DNA from: an uncultured archaeon | GTDB taxonomy: Archaea > Asgardarchaeota > Lokiarchaeia > Sigyniarchaeales > SOKP01 | Direction: 5' to 3' | DNA length: 64,000 bases | Assembly (NCBI GenBank): GCA_964486045.1 | Contig: CAZALK010000003.1 | Location: 160,001-224,000, forward strand | Part shown: positions 10,706-21,325 of the stretch, piece by piece | Layout of the letters: every line of letters starts with the position of its first letter | Numbering within the stretch: position 1 is the stretch's first letter | Translations under genes and position numbers: made by a program | The notes under the pieces: generated by a model | Seen by the model: only the letters and a program-made list of their open reading frames with translations | Database searches by the model: none | Told to the model about the DNA's origin: nothing

Positions 10706-11566
10706 TTAATAAAGGTTAAAATTTAATTCAGAAATTTTATCGTGAATCTTATTCCTTAATTCTCTTGACATATCATTAATAAAATCCTCCGGAGTTTCCT
10801 CTAAATATTCAGTTAATACTTTTTCAATTGTAGGAGAAATTTTTTGTATTACTATCTCAAGAATTTCATGTTTCCTTAAGTATTTGTTTTGAAATGTTTG
10901 TATATAGGTTTTATTCAACTTCTTTAACCATCCTTTTCCTTTATTTTCTAATATTCTAAGAACCTTTCTGGAATTTGAATCATTAAAATTGTGAAACTCA
11001 AATTCGTACTTAGCTAAAATTTCTTTAAAGTATTGAATTATTTCTTCCTTTTCTTTTAGATTTAAATCTACTTTGGAATTAAGGAAAACAATTACCATAT
11101 AAGTATCAAACAGAAAATATAACTGGACTTTAATATTAGATCCATGAATTTCAAGATTCGATAAGTTTTGTATGTTCGTTTGTCCTGCAAATGTTTTAAA
11201 TGAACTAAAATACATTGAAATTAAATCGATTTCTAATAAATTCTTATTCTTTTCGGACAAATATGATTTTATTGGATTATATTTTCCTTCAGGCTTATTT
11301 CCATACTCAAGAACCATTAATGTGTTTCCAAATTGATCAGCTAGCACAATCCCGATAATTGGTGGTATTTTGTTAAAATCAAATGAGAATTTTGCAATTT
11401 CATCTAATTTTCTATTAATGATAGTTCCGTTATTATGGATTGTATTATAAGATTTCATAACATCATTATTTGAAGTAATTTTTTTTGTATAAACCAAAAA
11501 TTTAATTTGCATTTCAATTAATCTCTCAATCATAATAAACATTAAGGAGGGTGTCGGTTTTAACAA
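10706..11566 (-). CDS. hypothetical protein with a roadblock/longin-like segment
   Basis: IIGIVLADQFGNTL strand-turn-strand followed by a helix and beta strands; start codon uncertain. Confidence 0.5.
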   Translation of the reverse strand: MLKPTPSLMFIMIERLIEMQIKFLVYTKKITSNNDVMKSYNTIHNNGTIINRKLDEIAKFSFDFNKIPPIIGIVLADQFGNTLMVLEYGNKPEGKYNPIKSYLSEKNKNLLEIDLISMYFSSFKTFAGQTNIQNLSNLEIHGSNIKVQLYFLFDTYMVIVFLNSKVDLNLKEKEEIIQYFKEILAKYEFEFHNFNDSNSRKVLRILENKGKGWLKKLNKTYIQTFQNKYLRKHEILEIVIQKISPTIEKVLTEYLEETPEDFINDMSRELRNKIHDKISELNFNLY

Positions 11567-11709
11567 AATGTGGTTCTTTCCTTCTAAATTGGCCCGACAA
11601 AAATCATTTAACAGATAAGATTATGGAAAGCTGCATATTCTCTATTTATATTATTTGGATATCAAAAAGAAAATCGGTTGACTTAACGAAAAGTATAACC
11701 ATTAAATCT

Positions 11710-13779
11710 TTACGTATTTATCCCTAATTCGTCAAGAATAAAGGCAAATATAAAGGCGATATCTTTGAGATAATCATAGCGTCCGGAGGAAAAACCATGT
11801 CCAGTTCCCATATCCATCTTTAGAAGTAATCTATTTTGATCAGTCTTTAAGGCTCTCAGTTTAGCTATCCATTTCGTGGGTTCCCAAAATTGTACTCTTG
11901 GATCATTCAACCCAGATGTAATTAAGATCGCGGGATAATCTTTAGCTTCAATGTTATCATAAGGTGAATAAGATCTCATATAATCAAAATACACTTTCTC
12001 GTTCGGATTGCCCCATTCATCGTATTCAATAACAGTTAATGGGATCGAGGGGTCTAGCATCGTGTTAATTACATCAACAAAAGGGACTTGAGAGACAACT
12101 GTTTTAAAAAACGTTGTTTTCATGTTTGTCACTGCCCCCATTAGTAATCCTCCTGCGCTCCCTCCCATAATCGTTAAATAGTTGGGAGAAGTGAAATTCT
12201 CTTGGATGAGGTGTTCAGCACATGTAATAAAATCAGTAAAAGTATTTTTCTTATTTAGTAGCTTTCCATTTTCGTACCATGGTCTACCCATTTCACCTCC
12301 TCCACGGATATGCGCAATAGCATGTATGAATCCACGATCTAATAAGCTAAAAATGTTTGAATTAAATCCTGCTTCCATGCTAGCTCCATAAGATCCGTAT
12401 CCATACAATAATAGACAATTTTCTCCATTTTTTACTATCCCTTGTTTATATACAAGGGAGATCGGAATTCTGCTACCATCTAATGCTTGTGCAAACATAC
12501 GTTCAGTTTTATATAGGGATGAGTCGAAATCTCCTAGCACTTCTTCTTGTTTCTTTAAATCACGTTCTTTTGTGTCCATATTGTAATCAAAAACGGATTT
12601 TGGTGTTATAGGAGATGAATAATGGAACCTAAGGATGTTTGAATCGAATTCCGGATTTTTAGGAGTTGATCTATAATTGAATGTATATACATCTTCTGGA
12701 AAATTAATATAATGCTCATCGTTTGTAATTAAATTTCTTATACGTATAGTTTTTAATCCATTTTCTCGTTCATAAATTACTAAATGGTTTTTAAAAGCCT
12801 CTACTTTATCCACTTTGACATCTTTACGATGACCTATAACCTCTTTCCAATTTTTTTTACTTGGTTTCTCTACTAATGTTTCCATCAATCGAAAGTTAGT
12901 CGCCTGATCATTTGTAACAATGTAAAACTTACCGTTATGGTGGGCAATGGAATATTCTATATTTTTCTGACGTGATTGAATAAGGTTAAAACGATCTTCA
13001 GGCTGATCGGAATCTAAATACCATATTTCTGTAGTAATCTTACTTTCTATAGTCATAAACAGAATATTTCTATCTTTTGATTTGGATAAGCTAATATAAT
13101 AGGCATCATCCATTTCATGATAAACCAACAAATCCTCTTCTTGATCAGATCCGAGATCATGTTTGAAAAGCTTGAAGGTTCGCATTTCTTCGTTTAAAAT
13201 AGTATAAAAAATAGTTTTGTTGTCATTAGCCCATTCAACAGAATAATAGGTATTGGTAATCTTTTCTTGAAATAATTCACTCGTAATTAGATTTTTTATC
13301 TTTAGAGAATATTTTTCCGATCCTTCAGTGTCTGTTGAAAACGCCAGGAAGTGGTGATTTGGGCTAACTTTAAAAATGCCAAGTCTAAAATATTTAAATT
13401 TTTCCGCCAGTTGATTAACATCAAGTAAAACTTCCTCTTCTGCAGTCAAATTCCCTTTTTTTCGACAATAAATCCGATATTGTTTTCCTTTTTTAGTGCG
13501 GCTGTAATAAAAGTAATCATCTATTTTTTCTGGTACGTTTAAATCTGTTTCTTTAATTCTGCCTAACATTTCCTTGTACAAATTTTCCTGTAATTCTTCA
13601 GTATGGCTCATCATGGCTTTAGTGTATTTGTTTTCTTCTTCTAGATATTTGATCACATCTGGATTCGATTTTTCTTTAAGCCAATAATAATTATCGAGGA
13701 TCTCTATACCATGAATATTAAGCTTCCTAGGGATAACTTTGGCAACGGGGATTTTTAAATCTGGATTTTTAGATGACAT
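11710..13779 (-). CDS. ptrB: oligopeptidase B (S9A)
   Basis: DNYYWL, YGYGSYG, GGSAGG nucleophile motif, NDPRV, GHG catalytic His. Confidence 0.92.
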   Translation of the reverse strand: MSSKNPDLKIPVAKVIPRKLNIHGIEILDNYYWLKEKSNPDVIKYLEEENKYTKAMMSHTEELQENLYKEMLGRIKETDLNVPEKIDDYFYYSRTKKGKQYRIYCRKKGNLTAEEEVLLDVNQLAEKFKYFRLGIFKVSPNHHFLAFSTDTEGSEKYSLKIKNLITSELFQEKITNTYYSVEWANDNKTIFYTILNEEMRTFKLFKHDLGSDQEEDLLVYHEMDDAYYISLSKSKDRNILFMTIESKITTEIWYLDSDQPEDRFNLIQSRQKNIEYSIAHHNGKFYIVTNDQATNFRLMETLVEKPSKKNWKEVIGHRKDVKVDKVEAFKNHLVIYERENGLKTIRIRNLITNDEHYINFPEDVYTFNYRSTPKNPEFDSNILRFHYSSPITPKSVFDYNMDTKERDLKKQEEVLGDFDSSLYKTERMFAQALDGSRIPISLVYKQGIVKNGENCLLLYGYGSYGASMEAGFNSNIFSLLDRGFIHAIAHIRGGGEMGRPWYENGKLLNKKNTFTDFITCAEHLIQENFTSPNYLTIMGGSAGGLLMGAVTNMKTTFFKTVVSQVPFVDVINTMLDPSIPLTVIEYDEWGNPNEKVYFDYMRSYSPYDNIEAKDYPAILITSGLNDPRVQFWEPTKWIAKLRALKTDQNRLLLKMDMGTGHGFSSGRYDYLKDIAFIFAFILDELGINT

Positions 13780-13966
13780 TAATTAACCTCATTTTATTTT
13801 TTTAGTTAAGAAAACTTTTTTCAATTTTGCTTTGCGATATTATCAATAAATAGAAGAACAATTTTTTATTTTTTGAAATATTCTTGAATTCAATAAGTCA
13901 ACAGTTAAGCAATCATTTTAATTAACTAATTTTATCACATTTTAAAAAAATCAAAAAAGATCAAAA

Positions 13967-14038
13967 ATGACTCAAAAAATTGTTGAAAAGAGTCCATATT
14001 CTTCTAAAATATGGTTGAAATCATACGATGATCATGTT
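13967..14038 (+). pseudogene. 5' stub of a probable AMP-dependent acyl-CoA ligase
   Basis: MTQKIVEKSPYSSKIWLKSYDDHV resembles the WLKSY N-terminus of long-chain acyl-CoA ligases; it then runs into antisense hydrolase sequence. Confidence 0.4.
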
Positions 14039-14448
14039 ATTAACACTCGAGATGGATGTCTATATGCAATATTTTGGGCAATTATTCCTCCCATTGAAGC
14101 TCCGCAAACGTAAGTTTTTTCAATGCCTAACGCATCGAGAAGTCCGGTAGCAATGTCTGCCATATCGTCTAACAAATAAGGTTCCTCGACTGGTTCGCCC
14201 CGCTGAACCGCCATTATAGCACCCATTAGATCAGGATCACCAGTCTCTTCACATCTAGTTGAGAGTCCAATATCCCTATTGTCAAATATAATTACGAAGA
14301 ACCCGCGTTCTGTAAAGTGATTTATGAATTCTTCTTCCCATTCTATCATTTGAGAACCGAATCCTACAATCAGAAGTAACGGCTAATCTGAGGGATCCCC
14401 GAAAGTCTCATATTCAATCTCAATATTATTCGTTTTGGCTTTGGGTAT
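14032..14448 (-). pseudogene. alpha/beta hydrolase, disrupted and 3'-truncated
   Basis: reads IPKAKTNNIEIEYETFGDPSD*PLLLIVGFGSQMI...FDNRDIGLS...GASMGG; ATA at the start position, TAG at 14383-14385, C-terminal half absent. Confidence 0.8.
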
Positions 14449-14618
14449 TATTCATCAGTAAAAGATATTTTAGTTTATAAATCAAATATTCCACAATTTT
14501 AGAACCTTAATTTTAAATCCAATCGAATAATTGGTGAACCAATTATTCTTAGCATCTCCGGAACCCTAGCAATACTAACTATGTTTGTTTTAAGTGACTA
14601 GAACTTAGTAAAATTAAT

Positions 14619-16073
14619 TTATACACAAACCCAAAAATATACTAAATATTCCGGGGAGTTTAATATTCTTATATCAGATGGAATGTGGATATGATTTTCT
14701 TTGAGAATAAAATCATTATCGCCTTCCTCATACACAAAACCACACCTTCCATAGCTTTCTGTTCCGTTAATGGAATGTACCCAATAGCTTCTCGTTTCTG
14801 CACTTCCAATTGAATCGTACCACTTAAGTTCATATGTCAATAATCCTTGGTCACCCATAGATAAGATAACATCTATAGCAGTTATAACACCATCTTGAAA
14901 GACATCATTTCTAAGGTTGTGTGCAGTCACTGTTATATTATGAAAGAGTAAGCTACTTGACGGGCTTACTATATAAACATCTGGGATAATTATACCTCCA
15001 GAATTTTTCTTTAATCGATTCTGTTCTTGAATGTATGTATTATAAATGTCTTGCATTCCTACTGGCTTTTGGAATAATATGATCATCATTTTTGGTTTAA
15101 AAGGGTAGTGATCAATCCGATACACATTTTGTTCGTTCCAACCACCATCGTAATAAGCATAATACCACCAACTTTGCACTCCATTTAACGAATCAATTAC
15201 ATAAGTGTTAAGATCAGCTCTAAAATGGTATTGCATATGTATTTCACCTATTTTGTCCAGATGGACTAAAATATCGAAAATAGAGAAGTGGCCATTCGTG
15301 AAGATATCAGGTCTTATAGTTTCTATATCTTCGGTGCTAAAATAGAACCTTCCGACTGATTGTATGCTGATACCTCCAGTTTTTGGGTCTTCTGGGCTTA
15401 AGACATTTAAAACCATAGGAACCATTGGAAAAGCAAGTACTAAGATAACGCTTAAAACCATTATAAATCTTCCATATTTTAATTTTGTCCATATTTTGCG
15501 AGTAACTGCAGTAAACCACTTCCAATGTAGAATAAAATGTGTAAATACCAACAAACCAAAAATAAAACCGTTCCAATCATGCAAAAGTGTAATACTATAA
15601 GAATAATGAGGATACAAACCCAATTGAGCTAAAACACCAGGAATTTTAAGAATTCCAGTAATTAGGAGTATTACCAAAGATATTGCAAGCATAACATTAA
15701 GGAATAAGGTTAAAATTCTCTGTCCCCGTTTGCCGAAATGTTTTGGCTTGAAATTTCTGGTTCTTTGGAAGATTTTCTTAATTTTTTGTCCGAACCATTT
15801 CAAATGTAGTAACGTATGGAGTGTGGCAAATATTCCTAAGATTAAACCACTCCAATTGTGAACAATTGAAATGTTAACAAAAACCTCATTAGGGTAAGAA
15901 AAATCACCGTAGACATTTAGAAGTTTTAATATCCCCGTTATAAAAAGTAAACTGAGGATAGAGACTAGTCCAATATCTATTATGTAATAAAAATTTCTTT
16001 TACTGAGTTTAAACTTAGACTTTTCTGGCTTAATTACTTTTACGTCTTTTTTTATAATTATTTGATTAGCCAT
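14619..16073 (-). CDS. membrane protein with two DUF4405-like cytochrome-b-type repeats and a C-terminal soluble domain
   Basis: repeated ITGILK...H(N/D)W.G...H..LH.KWF units, then a soluble domain containing WWYYAYYDGG. Confidence 0.7.
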   Translation of the reverse strand: MANQIIIKKDVKVIKPEKSKFKLSKRNFYYIIDIGLVSILSLLFITGILKLLNVYGDFSYPNEVFVNISIVHNWSGLILGIFATLHTLLHLKWFGQKIKKIFQRTRNFKPKHFGKRGQRILTLFLNVMLAISLVILLITGILKIPGVLAQLGLYPHYSYSITLLHDWNGFIFGLLVFTHFILHWKWFTAVTRKIWTKLKYGRFIMVLSVILVLAFPMVPMVLNVLSPEDPKTGGISIQSVGRFYFSTEDIETIRPDIFTNGHFSIFDILVHLDKIGEIHMQYHFRADLNTYVIDSLNGVQSWWYYAYYDGGWNEQNVYRIDHYPFKPKMMIILFQKPVGMQDIYNTYIQEQNRLKKNSGGIIIPDVYIVSPSSSLLFHNITVTAHNLRNDVFQDGVITAIDVILSMGDQGLLTYELKWYDSIGSAETRSYWVHSINGTESYGRCGFVYEEGDNDFILKENHIHIPSDIRILNSPEYLVYFWVCV

Positions 16074-16409
16074 TGTTTCTTTTTTAATCTCTGCATTAAT
16101 ATTGTTTGACTGAGATAAATTTGTATTAATTTTTTAGTATAGGAAATTATGACAAATTAGTTATGGATTATAATTTTAATACTTAATAGTTAGGTTCTTA
16201 ACAGAGAATTGGTTTTACCTTTTTTCACTATTTAAAGGACAGATTGGGAGGATAAGTAACACCCCCCTAATATTATGCACAAGGAATGGTTCTGACCATG
16301 CTATTTTAACCGAAAAATCTTATGGAAAATAAATAAAAAAGCTCTTTAGACTTTTTTCTTTTCCCATTTGTAGAAATGGTTTTTTAGATCAATTATATTA
16401 TAATAAATT

Positions 16410-17642
16410 ATGGCTAAAAAATTTAAAATTCCTTGGGCTACATGGAGAGACCCGAAATTCTTGGAAATCACTTTTCCCGATTCTTGGGAAGTTGCTCTTT
16501 GTAGCATGAACAACGCTCCGGATTTATCAGATAAAGAAATCAAAAAAGGGGTTCTAGATCCTATCGGAACAGCAAAATTATCAGAAATGGCAAAAGGAAA
16601 AGAGAATATTGTCATTGTAGTGGATGATACGACAAGAAACACACCTGTTTCTAGAATTATACCCCATGTTGTTGAAGAGTTGGAAGGAACAGGAATAACT
16701 AGGGAACAAATCACAATATTGACTGCGATTGGGGCTCACAGGCCAATGAATAGGCACGATTGCATTCTTAAATTAGGAAGAGATATTGTCAACACTATTA
16801 ATGTTGAGAATCATCACCCCTATGAAAATTTAACAAATGCTGGAGAATCCAAAATAGGCACACCAATTGATATCAACAAAACGTATTACAATGCAGATCT
16901 GAAAATATCACTAGGTGGTGTAATTCCGCATCCCCTTGCAGGTTTTGGAGGAGGAGCAAAAATCGTGCTTCCGGGGGTCTGTGGAATCCGGACTCTTGAG
17001 TCAAATCATTCTGCCCCGTCCCGCTTAGGATTCAATACGAAAATTGGGGAAGTCAATGAATTGCGAAAAGATATTGAAGATATTGCAGGGATTGTCGGTT
17101 TGGATTATTCTATTAATGTCGTTCTAACAGAAGATGGTGGAATTGCTGGGATTTTTTCAGGTCACTTCATCCAAGCACATCGTAGAGCAGTTGAGTTATG
17201 TCAAAAGGTGTATCTAACAAAGATAAGCCAGTTTGAAAACAATATCTGTTTCTTTAACCTATATCCAGAGGACTCTGAATTAAATCAATCTTCAAAGGGT
17301 TTTAATTTTTTGCGAATGGCTCCTAGAAATCTGTTTTCAGGTAATGATGGAACAATAGTATTGATGTCTTCATCACACGAAGGTCGAGGCTATCACAGTT
17401 TGTTTGCAGAAACAGGAGCCAAATCATTCAGAGATCCAAAGGAGCAGAAAGCCTTTCCATGGCGAATCTTTTTTTTCTCACCAAACATTGGAGAACCTGA
17501 TCTCTATCACTTTTACCATAAAAGCATGAGATTATTCAATGATTGGGACGAATTGATCAAAGAATTAGGTAGAATACACGTTTTGGTAAAGGCGACTATC
17601 ATCCCGACAAGTATTCAAATTCCAGAAGTGCGAAGAGAATAA
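16410..17642 (+). CDS. lactate racemase (LarA/DUF2088) family protein
   Basis: VVDDTTRNTP, AIGAHRP, ENHHP and PHPLAGFGGGAKIVLPG motifs. Confidence 0.85.
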   Translation: MAKKFKIPWATWRDPKFLEITFPDSWEVALCSMNNAPDLSDKEIKKGVLDPIGTAKLSEMAKGKENIVIVVDDTTRNTPVSRIIPHVVEELEGTGITREQITILTAIGAHRPMNRHDCILKLGRDIVNTINVENHHPYENLTNAGESKIGTPIDINKTYYNADLKISLGGVIPHPLAGFGGGAKIVLPGVCGIRTLESNHSAPSRLGFNTKIGEVNELRKDIEDIAGIVGLDYSINVVLTEDGGIAGIFSGHFIQAHRRAVELCQKVYLTKISQFENNICFFNLYPEDSELNQSSKGFNFLRMAPRNLFSGNDGTIVLMSSSHEGRGYHSLFAETGAKSFRDPKEQKAFPWRIFFFSPNIGEPDLYHFYHKSMRLFNDWDELIKELGRIHVLVKATIIPTSIQIPEVRRE

Positions 17643-17818
17643 AGATTTCAAAAGAATGAAATAAAATTTATTACCTTCTATATCTATTTAATTAGTGAAA
17701 CCTAATGACTAGAGATCTTAAGGCAAATGGTCTTGGAAAGTAGCGGTTTGTAAACTAAGAAAGGGTTAATTTAACTGAAATAAAAAAAAATATTCAAACA
17801 AAAGAGGAGGATAAAAAA

Positions 17819-18001
17819 ATGGGAAAATTTAAGTGTGAGGAATGTGGTTTAGAGCAAGATCTTCCCATGCATTACGGGCAGCCAATGCATCCTGAAAGTG
17901 AACAATTAACTTGCTGGCTGGGACCAGAATGTGGCTCTCAGTCTATTCCAGAACATCATAGTAAACCCATGGTTCTTGTTTTGAAAATATCCGGGTTGTA
18001 G
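17819..18001 (+). CDS. small Cys/His metal-binding protein
   Basis: GAGGAGG SD upstream; CEECG...MH...C...C...HH. Confidence 0.6.
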   Translation: MGKFKCEECGLEQDLPMHYGQPMHPESEQLTCWLGPECGSQSIPEHHSKPMVLVLKISGL

Positions 18002-18029
18002 GTAAATATTCTTGAATCTGAGGGTAATT

Positions 18030-18425
18030 TTAAAGAAAAAACCTATTGGTGGCAGCTCGTATTTTTTCCCATACCAGCTCTCTCATTTTTTCAATATTAA
18101 ACTTCCCGTTTTTCTCATACTCCTTAATCTTAAATATGTAACAATGATGAAAACACCCCTTAATTATACAACCGTAAAGATCAATCTCCTTTCTCATATC
18201 GAAGGGACATCGTTGTTTAAATTGTTTGCGTTTTTTATCCCTGTTGATAATGTCATTATTACACAATCCGCAATTAGTTTTGTTTATCTTTGGATATTTC
18301 AAGGATTCAGGATAAAAATCTGGTTTATTAATAATTTCGCGAATCTTATATAAGATTTGTAAGTAAGATTTATCTGTAAGGAACCTGATCTTTTTAAATG
18401 TCATTATTGACTTGATTATTCCCAT
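18030..18425 (-). CDS. hypothetical Cys-rich protein
   Basis: CGLC, CPF and GC...GCFHHC in a 131-aa ORF. Confidence 0.5.
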   Translation of the reverse strand: MGIIKSIMTFKKIRFLTDKSYLQILYKIREIINKPDFYPESLKYPKINKTNCGLCNNDIINRDKKRKQFKQRCPFDMRKEIDLYGCIIKGCFHHCYIFKIKEYEKNGKFNIEKMRELVWEKIRAATNRFFL

Positions 18426-18734
18426 TCATTTTGTCTTTTGGTTATGCAACTTCCCCCCAAAAATGATTTCTGAATTAATTTCATTACGCGTTAATTAGGG
18501 GGTAAAGATAAAAAATCTTCAACATAAATTTATAACTATAGAGTGAGAAAAATTAGTCTTTATGATTTAGGTCGGATTGTTTTCTAATAAAAAGCTAAAA
18601 TCTTAACAAATATGAACAAATAATTCCGACCTTATTTTGTAACTGAAGTTTATATCAATAATCTTTCACTCCCTTCGTGAATAAAGCTCTGTGTTTTTAT
18701 AAGCTACATAATTCAAAAGTTACAATTCAGGGTA

Positions 18735-19772
18735 ATGATTGATAAAGAGGTTTTTATTGCAATAAATGTAGAATTAAATCAAGTCTTTAATATCCGTTAT
18801 AGATTGCCCAAAAACCCGCACAATTTTAGTTGGTTATGTAAATCTTGTAGGAAACCGGTATTCTATAATAATGACTTGAGATGTTTTAAGCATCGAGGAC
18901 AAAAGCCAGAAGGATTTGAACCAGAAACTATTGAGCATAAAATAATGAAAAATTATTGGTACAACACTTTTCCAAAATTCAACGATATAAGAAGTCGTAA
19001 ACTAGAGTATTGGTTCGATGATCAAGTAGCTGATGTATATTTTGAATTACGAGATGGAAAAAGGGTAGCAATAGAGTGTCAGAACTCTCCTATCACAGTA
19101 CAGAATCTGATGAAAAGAACCAAGAAATATACATCAAAAGGTATCTATGTCTTATGGGTTTTCAATGGATTAGGGAGTTGCGTATCCGAAGAGAAATATC
19201 CACGGAATTTGGATAAAGTTCGCGTGTTAAAAGAAGAAAAACGAATCCATAATCTTTATGGAGGCAGAATTTATTACATGAATGTTAAGAAAGATGTTGT
19301 TTATGAAGATCCTTATTCAATCCATTTTTCCCCTTATTTTGAACACGTAGAGCTTGAACATAATATTTTCGGTCGTGATAAATATTATAAAAAAATTCAG
19401 AACGGAGTTATAGGAAGCATTTTCTCATATAAGATATTATGTATTGAGTTTGGGGGATATATGCTAGCGAGATTCATGGATAAAAACGTGAGTATTTCTT
19501 GTACTGAGCAACTTATTATGTATCTCCGTGAGATCTGTCGAAGAAAAATTGATGAAGGAACAATCGATGAGAATTATGAATTTCAAGTCCCTGTGGGATC
19601 TATCATTAGCATGGTAAAAGAGGATTTTGGATACTTTTTGCCTTATTTGATCCTTAAGAAATCGAAGAGAATAAAGAAAGTTAAGTTTGAGAGGTTATTG
19701 GATGAAAGCTATCAAATTCAAGATATATTAACACTTAAAACTTCAGATTATTCTGAAATGTTTTATAGGTAA
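18735..19772 (+). CDS. CoiA-like PD-(D/E)XK nuclease with N-terminal Zn ribbon
   Basis: CKSC...FKH...ETIEH; ADV...AIECQNS nuclease motif; VLWVF. Confidence 0.75.
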   Translation: MIDKEVFIAINVELNQVFNIRYRLPKNPHNFSWLCKSCRKPVFYNNDLRCFKHRGQKPEGFEPETIEHKIMKNYWYNTFPKFNDIRSRKLEYWFDDQVADVYFELRDGKRVAIECQNSPITVQNLMKRTKKYTSKGIYVLWVFNGLGSCVSEEKYPRNLDKVRVLKEEKRIHNLYGGRIYYMNVKKDVVYEDPYSIHFSPYFEHVELEHNIFGRDKYYKKIQNGVIGSIFSYKILCIEFGGYMLARFMDKNVSISCTEQLIMYLREICRRKIDEGTIDENYEFQVPVGSIISMVKEDFGYFLPYLILKKSKRIKKVKFERLLDESYQIQDILTLKTSDYSEMFYR

Positions 19773-19776
19773 TTTG

Positions 19777-20382
19777 TCAGAAATTATGTTTACCAATTGG
19801 TTTCCATTTGTTTCTTCGATACAATTCAAATATTATTAAGACTTCATGGACTGCGTCATCATAACTTCTATGTTTTTCAACATATTCTTTATCTGGAAAA
19901 AGGTACTCCCACGTCTCTTCTACGGTAGGCCATTTATACAATGTACCTGGTTTTCTCGGGGGTAATTTGAGAATATCCGTGGCAATAACCATAGGACATG
20001 GTAATTCATTTATCAAAAATCCTCGATCTTTGAGATAATCGAAATCAAATCTTTTATTATAAGCTGTAGCAGGATAGATATTGAATATTCTTTGAAGTTT
20101 TTTCTTAAACACCTCGAGAGGTTTAGCATTTAAAATGTCTTCGTACCTTAAATCAGAATTATTAAAAATCCAAGCATTTCGATGTGTTAGAGAAAAATTG
20201 CTTTCCCGTATTCGTTTATTGAATAATTCACGACAATTTCCAGAATTTAAATCTAATTCACATATACCGATTTCAACTATACAATCTTTCTGATGAGAAA
20301 ACCCTGTAGTTTCAATATCAACCACAGCAATTAACTCTCCTTTTATGAAATCGTCTAACGTTACAGGCATTTTTCTAACCAC
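19777..20382 (-). CDS. DEDDh 3'-5' exonuclease (DnaQ-like)
   Basis: ExoI VDIETTG, ExoII AYNKRFD, ExoIII HRSYDDA. Confidence 0.88.
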   Translation of the reverse strand: MVRKMPVTLDDFIKGELIAVVDIETTGFSHQKDCIVEIGICELDLNSGNCRELFNKRIRESNFSLTHRNAWIFNNSDLRYEDILNAKPLEVFKKKLQRIFNIYPATAYNKRFDFDYLKDRGFLINELPCPMVIATDILKLPPRKPGTLYKWPTVEETWEYLFPDKEYVEKHRSYDDAVHEVLIIFELYRRNKWKPIGKHNF

Positions 20383-20506
20383 AAGTTTATGATATTTTTA
20401 TTCGTATGTTAAATTTTATTCTATTAATAAAGACTCTACTTTTTTTCTTTTTTATATACCTATTGAAAAATAGTTCTAAACCTAGCAAAAAATTTAGTGA
20501 TATATT

Positions 20507-20653
20507 TTGAAAATTTATTGCCCAATATGTAGTAAAGTTATTGACGAAACGGAATTCATGCAGTATCAGGGATTATGTGTATCGTGTCATGAAAGCGAAC
20601 AAAATTTGATTCAGAAAAATAAAATTCTTAAGAAAGAAAATGCTTTACTTTAG
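20507..20653 (+). CDS. 48-aa Zn-finger microprotein (not in ORF track)
   Basis: TTG start; KIYCPICSK...GLCVSCHE, two CxxC pairs. Confidence 0.55.
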   Translation: MKIYCPICSKVIDETEFMQYQGLCVSCHESEQNLIQKNKILKKENALL

Positions 20654-20696
20654 AATTTTTATTTAAAATTCACAATAACTTAAAACCACTAAGGTA

Positions 20697-20813
20697 GATG
20701 CTCACTACCCAGAGTCCCAATCAGGGACAAACCAATATGAGGGTGAGAAAATTTTTAAGTGTAACAAGTTACACTACCAAAAGACAAAAATCCAGGGGCG
20801 AGTAGTGAACATC
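20697..20813 (-). ncRNA. candidate structured RNA, unknown family
   Basis: 14-bp closing stem with two G-U pairs that form only on the minus strand; internal hairpins AGUGUAA-CUUG-UUACACU and GUCCC/GGGAC. Confidence 0.5.
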
Positions 20814-20927
20814 ATAATTGATTTTTAAATCTTTGTCTATGCATTATATACATTCTCACTATTTAACTACTTGTTTTTAAAAAAACCTGTTCCCATCTTT
20901 TTCCATGAAGCTCTATAAGAGAAAAAC

Positions 20928-21113
20928 TTAAGCACTGTCTAATAGTTTTAGTTTTTTAACCTTGGTAAGATAATCATAGCACAATACTGTGCAATCGGGA
21001 ACCTTACAGAGAAAGTGGTGTTTTGGAAGGTTACAAACGTCAAACAATGGACATTCAACGGAATCGATTTCAGGAACATCAACAAAGTTTAAATCTTCTG
21101 AATCTACACTCAT
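20928..21113 (-). CDS. small Cys-rich protein
   Basis: 61 aa with CPLFDVC...C..PDC..LC. Confidence 0.55.
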   Translation of the reverse strand: MSVDSEDLNFVDVPEIDSVECPLFDVCNLPKHHFLCKVPDCTVLCYDYLTKVKKLKLLDSA

Positions 21114-21325
21114 AATTAGTATCTTATATTAGTGGAGTATTTAAATAAAAAATTAATCGTGTATCCTTTAAAAGCCAAGGGTGTAATGAATTAGTTAGCA
21201 TTCACAAGATTTTTCAAAAGATAAAAATTTTAATGTTTTTTGAGGTTACTAAATCATAAAAATTTGATCTGTAAAATTTAATATTACTAAGAAAAATTCC
21301 AAAAATATGGAGAGAAAATAAAACT

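Noticed and set aside
14383-14385. TAG in the hydrolase as an intron or pyrrolysine
   Set aside because: There is no extra sequence relative to the family pattern and no BHB; the gene also lacks a start codon and its 3' half.
20697-20813. 5S rRNA, suggested by its length
   Set aside because: No conserved 5S sequence motifs are recognisable.
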